Shown: piece by piece, positions 57,444-64,000 of the stretch
Position numbering within the stretch: the stretch's first letter is position 1
How the letters are laid out: each line of letters opens with the position of its first letter
NCBI GenBank assembly: GCA_036171915.1
Contig: JAVHRY010000092.1
Location: 15,298-79,297, forward strand
Direction: 5' to 3'
From: Elusimicrobiales bacterium
Lineage (GTDB): Bacteria > Elusimicrobiota > Elusimicrobia > Elusimicrobiales > UBA9959
DNA: 64,000 nucleotides
The notes under the pieces: generated by a model
What the model saw: only the letters and a program-made list of their open reading frames with translations
What the model was told of the DNA's origin: nothing
Databases searched by the model: none
Made by a program: the position numbers and the translations under genes

Positions 57444-58007
57444 TTATTTTTCCGGCTTAAAGCACTTGCGGCAGCGGGCTTCGTACTTGTCTCCGGCGCC
57501 CACGTCTATACGCCGGCCGGAGTCGCTCAGGCGCTGGCTGAAATGCGCCGGGTTGCCGCAGACCATGCAGATGGCGAGGTTCTTGGTGACGAACTCCGAC
57601 ACCGCCATGAGCTTGGCCATGTTCACAAAAGGCTCCCCGCGGTAATCCTGGTCCAGCCCGGCCACGATAACGCGCTTGCCGGAATCGGCCAGCTTCTGCG
57701 CCACCTCCACTATTTCATCGCCGAAGAAATGCGCCTCGTCTATGCCGACCACCTGCGTTTCCGGCAGGGTTTCCTTTAGAATCTCCCTGGCAGTTTTAAC
57801 CGGCCGCGCGGCCAGCGTGGATCTGTCATGTGAAACGATATGCTCCCTGGAATAGCGCACGTCCAGGTGCGAGTTGAACACCTGCACTTTCTGCCTGGCT
57901 ATCGCGGCCAGCTTCAGCCTGCGGATAAGCTCCTGTGTTTTGCCGGAGAACATGCTGCCGCAGACCACCTCTATCCAGCCCGAAGACGCCGAAACGTTAA
58001 AGATCAT
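57444..58007 (-). CDS. tdk: Thymidine kinase
   Basis: P-loop GSMFSGKT, DEAHFF, and a C-terminal zinc lasso CMVCG...CRKC. Confidence 0.92.
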   Translation of the reverse strand: MIFNVSASSGWIEVVCGSMFSGKTQELIRRLKLAAIARQKVQVFNSHLDVRYSREHIVSHDRSTLAARPVKTAREILKETLPETQVVGIDEAHFFGDEIVEVAQKLADSGKRVIVAGLDQDYRGEPFVNMAKLMAVSEFVTKNLAICMVCGNPAHFSQRLSDSGRRIDVGAGDKYEARCRKCFKPEK

Positions 58008-58960
58008 TTCCCCCCCTTGAATTTAGCGGAAAAGTAAGCCCAGGTAAGTTTAAGCCCTGCCGGAAATTTTACCAGCGGCCTGTAGCCCAGTTCTTTGCGG
58101 GCGAGGGAGATGTCGGAGTAGGTTTTGCGGATATCCCCCTTGCGCTTGGGGGAGAAGATTTTTTTTATCTTGTGCCCTGTTATTTTCTCAAGTTCGCGCG
58201 CGATGTCCAGCAGGGAGATATTGGTGCCGGTGGCCACGTTGATGACAAGCCCGGAAACCCGCGACGGCGCCAGCGCCGCCCGGATATTCCCGTCCACCAC
58301 GTTGGAAACAAACGTGAAATCGCGGGACTGTCTCCCGTCCCAGTGTACTTCCAGCGGCTTCCCCTGCACTACCAGTTCCATGAAGCGCGGGATGACGGCG
58401 GAGTAAACGGACTCCGGGTTCTGCCTGGGCCCGAAAACGTTGAAATAGCGCAGCGCCACGGTCTCAAGGCCGTAGGTTTTGGCGTAGACGCGGCAGTAAT
58501 GCTCCCCCGCCAGCTTGCTTACCGCGTAAGGGGAGATGGGGGCCGTGGGCAGGCCCTCGGTCTGCGGAAAGATGCGGCACTCACCGTAGGCGGAGCTGGT
58601 GGCGGCGTAAACGAAGCGCTTAACGCCCGCCGCTTTGGCAGCCATCAGCGCGTTCAAGGTGCCGGTGGCGTTATTATCGTTGGCGGCGCGCGGATCGTCA
58701 ACGGACTTGGGCACCGAGCGGAAAGCCGCCTCGTGCAGGACATAAGTAACGCCCTTCATGGCTTTGGCCAGGTCTTTCGGCTCGCGCAGGTCGCCCCGCA
58801 CCAGTTCAAACCTGCCTGCAAAAGGCGCCAGATTTTCTTCCCTGCCGGTAGAAAAATTATCAAAAACGCGCACGCGCTCGCCGCGCTTCAGCAGCTCTTC
58901 CACGATATTGGAGCCGATGAACCCGGCCCCGCCGGTAACCAGCCAAAGAGGTTTTTTCAT
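58004..58960 (-). CDS. NAD-dependent nucleotide-sugar epimerase/dehydratase (extended SDR, WbpP/GalE-like)
   Basis: GGAGFIGSN Rossmann motif and catalytic YAVSK (YxxxK). ATG 58960 chosen; the ORF-track extension to 59140 is not supported. Confidence 0.85.
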   Translation of the reverse strand: MKKPLWLVTGGAGFIGSNIVEELLKRGERVRVFDNFSTGREENLAPFAGRFELVRGDLREPKDLAKAMKGVTYVLHEAAFRSVPKSVDDPRAANDNNATGTLNALMAAKAAGVKRFVYAATSSAYGECRIFPQTEGLPTAPISPYAVSKLAGEHYCRVYAKTYGLETVALRYFNVFGPRQNPESVYSAVIPRFMELVVQGKPLEVHWDGRQSRDFTFVSNVVDGNIRAALAPSRVSGLVINVATGTNISLLDIARELEKITGHKIKKIFSPKRKGDIRKTYSDISLARKELGYRPLVKFPAGLKLTWAYFSAKFKGGK

Positions 58961-59152
58961 AGATTCAATCCTTCCCAGACAACAGTTTATCATTTTAAAA
59001 TCCGCTATTAAAATCCAACCCCGCCGCCACCTGCCAGGGACACAACCACAAGACCACGCAGGGGCTGGCATGAGTTTGCCCTGGAGCCGCATAGCGGGTG
59101 GGCGCAAGGGCAACCCCATGCCCGGCCCTGTGAGGGCCAAAGAGACAGGCTT

Positions 59153-61234
59153 CTAATCCCTTACCTCCCCCGCCTGCCGCCACGGATGCCAGTACTCCCT
59201 GGATTTATCTTCCAGATCGTCCTTGCGCGCGGGCTCGCTAATTTTAAGACTTACGTAAAAGAAAAATTCCCTGACCCCGCCTGAGCGCTCACGGAAATCC
59301 CACTTGGTGCGAAAATCGTGGAAGTCACGGTACAGGGTAATCCCTTTCTCGAAAAACCTGAAATCCCTGAGATCAAGCCCGCCCGCGGAACTCACCCGGT
59401 AGCGCAGCACCGTCTCCGCCCGCCAGCCCGATCCGCGCCAGGGGCGGAACCCGAACATATTGCTTATCACCCAGGCCTTGGGGGCGCTCGAGTAGTTGGC
59501 TATGCCGCCGCCGGCGTAGTTTTCAGCGTCTCCCACGTTAACCTGCGTAACGAAACTGCGCGCCCCGCCCGAAAAACTGTAGGTCTCCGAAGCGAAAATA
59601 TCCACCATCGGGCGCGGCGCATAATATATCTCCGCCGTAACCGGGGCCAGGCGTTTTTTAAACGAGGCTTCATAATAGGTGCGCAGGTCGTAGGAGGTGG
59701 ATAACTTATAGTAAGTATTAAACCTCGGCATCACGAACAGCTGTGAAGATACCGCGCTCGTTTCCTGCCCCTTGTCCGCGGCCCCGTCGTCGCCGGCCAG
59801 CTTATTCTTGCGCAGGCGGCGCGTGTACGCGTAACCCAGATCAAAAGAACCCCAGAACCTGTCATAGCGCAGCGTGGCCCCGCCCCCGTAGCGGCCTATC
59901 CAGGTATCGTTCAGGCCGGGCACCGTGGAAATAAAGACCGACTGGTTGTAAAACACCGACGGGGAAAGCGTTACGCGCGAAACTATGGGCACGGCTTTAG
60001 ACACTGTCCAGACGCCGTTGCCACGTTTCTGGGTGTAGCCGGCCCCCTCGTCGCGCGCGTTCTCGAAATACCCGCCGAAAGAATTCAGCACCGGCAGCCC
60101 GAGCACGCCGAAAGGCACCGTATTAAAATCCAGCCTGGGGATGGAACTGTTGGCCTTCTGGAACTGATTAAAATCCGCGGTGTGGGTTTCCCTGCCGTTG
60201 GCGCTCAGGCGGGTTATGGTGTAGTTGGTCTTGCGGGTAAGGGCGACGCTCGCCTGCTCGTCCGGACTGACGGCGAAAGGGTTGCTCCTGAAAAAATCGT
60301 TATTCACCTTCGGATCGGAAAGCAGCCGGAAAAAACTCTGGCTGTAATACTGGGCCGGGTCTGATTCATTGAAGCGGTTAAGCAGGTGCCAGAACCCCCC
60401 GTTCACGCCCCAGCGGTCGGCGCTGCCGTCATACTCGCGTATGCGGTAAACCGACACGTCCGTAATATTTTTTTCGGGACGGCGGAAATCCAGCTCGCCC
60501 CCGGTACCCAGGCCGCGCTTCGCGAAATAGTCCAGGTACACCTTAGCCCTTGTTTCAGGGTTCACGCGGTAAACATAACTGGACTTAATAAAGAAACCGT
60601 TGCGCTTGTCGTAGCCGGGGCGGAAAATACTGACAAAAGGCGTGCCGCCGCCTATGGGCCGGTAAACTACCGGAAAGTAGAAAATAGGCATTTTACCCAG
60701 GAAAAAAACGTTATTATAAGCGAGAAAGTAGCGTTCCGGCACCAGGTATAGGCGCGAGGCCCTGAGCCTGTAATGCGGGGGCTCCTCGTCGCAGCTTGTG
60801 ATGCTCGCTTTTTTATAAGTGTACTTATCCTTATCGAACTCCACAACCCTGCCCTTGATGATGAAATTTTTATAAGTGAAGCGCCCGTCTTTAATTCTGC
60901 CGGACTCGGAACCGTAGTCCATAACCCCGCTCTTGCCGTAGACGGTGCCGGTGTCGTCGTCCATAACGAAATCGGAAGGCGAAACCACGGTACGGCTGGC
61001 CATGTTGACGGTGAGATTCCTGGCCCGGATAATTTTTACGGGCGTGTCGGCCGCGGAGAATTCCTGTAGCTTTACGTTCCCCTCAAGATCTATGACGCGG
61101 GTATACTCGTTGAACTTGGCGAAATCGGAATTAAAATAAACGCGGTGCGTCCCGGTGGAGAGCGGCAGGTCGTAAGCGCCGGCCGGCAGGGCCGCAAAGC
61201 CGGCAAGAAGCGCTATAATAATTTTTTTCTTCAT
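59153..61234 (-). CDS. lptD: LPS-assembly outer-membrane protein LptD/OstA-like
   Basis: Signal peptide. OstA-like N-terminal jellyroll pattern (NVKLQE...ARNLTVNM...), then TSCDEEPPHYRLRA followed by a large beta-barrel region. Confidence 0.65.
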   Translation of the reverse strand: MKKKIIIALLAGFAALPAGAYDLPLSTGTHRVYFNSDFAKFNEYTRVIDLEGNVKLQEFSAADTPVKIIRARNLTVNMASRTVVSPSDFVMDDDTGTVYGKSGVMDYGSESGRIKDGRFTYKNFIIKGRVVEFDKDKYTYKKASITSCDEEPPHYRLRASRLYLVPERYFLAYNNVFFLGKMPIFYFPVVYRPIGGGTPFVSIFRPGYDKRNGFFIKSSYVYRVNPETRAKVYLDYFAKRGLGTGGELDFRRPEKNITDVSVYRIREYDGSADRWGVNGGFWHLLNRFNESDPAQYYSQSFFRLLSDPKVNNDFFRSNPFAVSPDEQASVALTRKTNYTITRLSANGRETHTADFNQFQKANSSIPRLDFNTVPFGVLGLPVLNSFGGYFENARDEGAGYTQKRGNGVWTVSKAVPIVSRVTLSPSVFYNQSVFISTVPGLNDTWIGRYGGGATLRYDRFWGSFDLGYAYTRRLRKNKLAGDDGAADKGQETSAVSSQLFVMPRFNTYYKLSTSYDLRTYYEASFKKRLAPVTAEIYYAPRPMVDIFASETYSFSGGARSFVTQVNVGDAENYAGGGIANYSSAPKAWVISNMFGFRPWRGSGWRAETVLRYRVSSAGGLDLRDFRFFEKGITLYRDFHDFRTKWDFRERSGGVREFFFYVSLKISEPARKDDLEDKSREYWHPWRQAGEVRD

Positions 61235-61273
61235 CTGTTCCGGCAGCTCTCGTACTGCTTTTCAGCCCGTTCT

Positions 61274-62218
61274 TTATTTCAGCGCCTTTTCCATTCCGAA
61301 CAGCGCCGCGCCGTGCGAACCCAGGTCGGCGTTGTCGGAGACTTTTATCTTCACCCTGGAAAAAGGCGTTTTTATCTGCTGGTGCCGCAGCACTTTTTCC
61401 ATCTCCGGCATGAACCACCGCCGCGCTTTTGAAACTCCCCCGGTAAGCACCACGTAATCAGGGTTTAAAAGCAGGATAAGGTCGGAAAGCCCCACGCCCA
61501 GATAATGTCCGGTCTCGGCCCAGATCTTCTTTGCGGCGGCGTGCCCCCGGGCCGCCGCGTTGGTAAGACAGATAGTGTTGAATCTCTCATGGCCGGGGAC
61601 CGAATATTTCTTTACAAAAGCAGCCTCATTGCCGATAATTTCCCGCGCCCTGGCCATTATGGCGTAGCTGCCGCAATACGCCTCAAGACAGCCGCGCGCG
61701 CCGCAATGGCACTGGCGCCCGCCCAGTTCAAGCTTTAAATGCCCCACTTCACCGGCGGACCCCGTAGCGCCGTGGTACAGCTTGCCCTCCAGAATAAGCC
61801 CGGAGCCGATACCAGTGCCCAAGGTCAGGGCCAGCACGTTGGCTTTTTTTCTCGCCACCTCTATTTCGTAAGCCCCCCACGCGGCCATGTTCGCGTCGTT
61901 TTCCATGGAGCACGGCAGGCCGGTGAGTTTTTCAAGCGGCCCGGCGATATTAACGGAGCGCCAGCCCAGGTTGGGAGAAAAGCGCAGCACCCCGCGCTCG
62001 GGGTCCACGTCGCCCGCCGCCCCTATGCCTATTGAAACCAGCTGGCGGCCGTAGTCCGTTTTAAATCCCTCCACGATAGCGGCTAAATGCTTAACGAAGG
62101 CGCCGTTCCCCTTTGAAGCTTCCGTGCGGAATCTCTCCCGCGCCAGCAGTTTCCCGGCGCGGTTCACCACCACCAGCTTCGTATTAGTGCCGCCGATATC
62201 TATTCCTATTCCGAGCAT
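61274..62218 (-). CDS. ROK-family glucokinase
   Basis: N-terminal GIDIGGTNTK ATP-binding motif and the ROK zinc motif CHCGARGCLEAYCG. Confidence 0.85.
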   Translation of the reverse strand: MLGIGIDIGGTNTKLVVVNRAGKLLARERFRTEASKGNGAFVKHLAAIVEGFKTDYGRQLVSIGIGAAGDVDPERGVLRFSPNLGWRSVNIAGPLEKLTGLPCSMENDANMAAWGAYEIEVARKKANVLALTLGTGIGSGLILEGKLYHGATGSAGEVGHLKLELGGRQCHCGARGCLEAYCGSYAIMARAREIIGNEAAFVKKYSVPGHERFNTICLTNAAARGHAAAKKIWAETGHYLGVGLSDLILLLNPDYVVLTGGVSKARRWFMPEMEKVLRHQQIKTPFSRVKIKVSDNADLGSHGAALFGMEKALK

Positions 62219-62238
62219 ATTGTCTCCTTGAAAAGTAA

Positions 62239-63525
62239 TTACCTGGCGCTTTCTTTATCCCCCAAGATCTTCAGCGCCGCGCCAGCCAGGTAAAAAGACC
62301 CCAGCACCGCCGCGGTGCCTGAAGCCGACGCGGACCTGAGCGCCGCGCCTATATCCTGCTGCACTTCCACCTCCACCCCCGGCCTTATCGCCGCGAGTTC
62401 GTCCGCCAGGACGCAGGGATCGGCCGCGCGCGGGGAGTCCGGCCTTGTAAAAATAAACCTGTCAGCGAGCGGGGCCAATATCCTCAAGATACTCGCGCGC
62501 TCCTTGTCCTGCAGGATCCCCATTACAAAAGCCGCCGGCAAGCCCGCAAAGGGCGAGGTCTTCCACGTGGCGGAAAAAGCGCGCGCGGCCTCCTCATTGT
62601 GCGCCCCGTCAATTATAAACAGGGCGCCGCCGAAAGCCGGCCCGCCGGCAAGCGCCTGGAAGCGGGCCCGCCAGCGCAACGAGGCGAACCCCCGCGCGGC
62701 GTTGGCGCGGCTTATGGGCCAACCCAGGCCGCGCAGTATTTCAAGCCCTTCCCAGGCGAGCGTGGCGTTTGAAACCTGCGGCTCGCCAAGTATGGCGAAG
62801 GGGTAAAGCTCCCCGGTCTTTTTGTGGCGCAGCGTCATACGGCCGCCCGCCCAGTCGCGGGAAACTATCTCGAAAACCGGGGAGAAGAAATGGCACTGGG
62901 CGCCCTTTGCCTCCGCTTCCCTTGATATTTCAGCCCTGGCCTCCGGCTGAAGAATGGGGGAGACGCAGATGCCGCCCTGTTTTACTATCCCCGCTTTCTG
63001 AAACGCTATTTCGGCCAGGGTTTTCCCCAGGTATCGCTTGTGGTCATAATCCACCGAGGTTATAACGCAAAGCTCCGGCTTAGGCAGCACGTTGGTGGTG
63101 TCCCAGCGCCCGCCGATACCCACCTCTATCACGGCCAGGTCTGTTTTTTCCCTGTCAAAACAGAGAAAAGCCATGCAGGTAAGCAGTTCAAAAAAACCGA
63201 GCTCCGGCCCGGCCCTGAAAACCTCGTCAAAAAGCGCGGCGAAAGTTTCTTCGCTGACCGGCTCGCCGCCAAGTTGTATGCGCTCCGTAAGGCTTACCAG
63301 GTGAGGCGAAATAAACAGGCCTGTCTTTAAACCGGCGGCCCTTGCCGCCGCCTCAAAAATAGCGCAGACCGAACCTTTGCCGTTGGTCCCGGTAACGTGC
63401 ACCGTTTTCAGGCGGGCTTGCGGGTTCCCGAGTTTTTCCAGGCAGGCGTAAACGCGCGCCAGGGCGTCTTTTTTAACGAAGTCCTGGCGCGAATTTAATT
63501 TATTTCCGGCTTCTTCAAAGGTCAT
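62239..63525 (-). CDS. folC: Folylpolyglutamate synthase/dihydrofolate synthase
   Basis: Mur-ligase P-loop VTGTNGKGS and a typical FolC layout. ATG 63525 is preferred over TTG 63540. Confidence 0.88.
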   Translation of the reverse strand: MTFEEAGNKLNSRQDFVKKDALARVYACLEKLGNPQARLKTVHVTGTNGKGSVCAIFEAAARAAGLKTGLFISPHLVSLTERIQLGGEPVSEETFAALFDEVFRAGPELGFFELLTCMAFLCFDREKTDLAVIEVGIGGRWDTTNVLPKPELCVITSVDYDHKRYLGKTLAEIAFQKAGIVKQGGICVSPILQPEARAEISREAEAKGAQCHFFSPVFEIVSRDWAGGRMTLRHKKTGELYPFAILGEPQVSNATLAWEGLEILRGLGWPISRANAARGFASLRWRARFQALAGGPAFGGALFIIDGAHNEEAARAFSATWKTSPFAGLPAAFVMGILQDKERASILRILAPLADRFIFTRPDSPRAADPCVLADELAAIRPGVEVEVQQDIGAALRSASASGTAAVLGSFYLAGAALKILGDKESAR

Positions 63526-63576
63526 AAGATAACAAGGCAAAGGTGAAGGCAGAGCTGCAAATTGCGGTTACTTTAC

Positions 63577-64000
63577 CTAAGCCTTAACCCTTGCCGCGTC
63601 CACTCCCAGGTCTTTGAGTTTGTGTTCCAGCCGCTCGTAGCCCCGGTCAATGTGGTAAATGCGGCGTATGACCGAGCGTCCCCTGGCGGCGGCGGCGGCC
63701 ACCACCATCGCCGCGCCGGCGCGGATATCCGACGCCATCACGGGCGCGCCCAGCAGCGACGGCACGCCGCGGATAACGGCCTTCCGGTCCATAACGGTTA
63801 TGTCGGCGCCCATACGGATAAGCTCCGGGGCGTGCATGAAGCGGTTTTCAAAGATCTGCTCGTGCACCTCGGAAACCCCGTTGGCGCGCGCCATGAAAGA
63901 CATCCACGGGGCCTGCAGGTCCGTGGGAAACCCGGGGTGCGGCTTCGTCACCACGCTGACCGGCCTGGGCCTGCCGTGGAACTCCACTTCTATGGCGTCT
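63577..64000 (-). CDS. murA: UDP-N-acetylglucosamine 1-carboxyvinyltransferase, C-terminal part (gene runs off the right edge)
   Basis: PGFPTDLQAPWM...ENRFMHAPELIRMGADI...IYHIDRGYERLEHKL matches the MurA C-terminus. The reading frame stays open to position 64000. Confidence 0.9.
   Translation of the reverse strand, partial: DAIEVEFHGRPRPVSVVTKPHPGFPTDLQAPWMSFMARANGVSEVHEQIFENRFMHAPELIRMGADITVMDRKAVIRGVPSLLGAPVMASDIRAGAAMVVAAAAARGRSVIRRIYHIDRGYERLEHKLKDLGVDAARVKA

Overview
GC-rich bacterial chromosome segment (roughly 60% GC by eye, not computed). Pal, TolB, CpoB, LptD and Lgt point to a diderm, probably an uncultured lineage. About 57 protein genes and one tRNA-Leu(UAA) are supported; there is no rRNA and no CRISPR array. 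Most of the window is tightly packed housekeeping: nrdJ, tmk, holB, metG, pssA, psd, eno, ftsB, lgt, rluD, tdh-kbl, purH, ligA, nusB, hemW, valS, menA, pal-cpoB-tolB, tdk, lptD, folC and partial murA.

Four regions look accessory or unusual:
1. 39.8-51.1 kb: an ~11 kb minus-strand operon encoding a FecR-domain protein, an orphan beta-barrel, a 2448-aa surface protein with a T9SS/FlgD-Ig C-terminal sorting domain, and a PorV/PorQ-like barrel. It is driven by a perfect TTGACA-18-TATAAT promoter with a 12-bp palindrome at the predicted transcription start.
2. 0.1-7.6 kb: an eight-gene minus-strand unit. An unusually short sigma-54-like factor, a PAS histidine kinase and a sigma-54 activator sit directly upstream of a five-gene tailoring cluster (B12-radical SAM, nucleotidyltransferase, cupin, HAD, GDPD-like) that runs off the left edge.
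3. Two ~96% identical 165-bp elements with terminal inverted repeats and TA flanks (MITE/Correia-like), in opposite orientation at 23.7 and 56.7 kb. The second sits exactly on the tolB stop codon, near an orphan IS5-type transposase N-terminal fragment.
4. A TGGTAC-N5-TTGC sigma-54-type promoter candidate upstream of an SPFH/stomatin gene.

All family assignments rest on motifs read by eye; no database search was possible.
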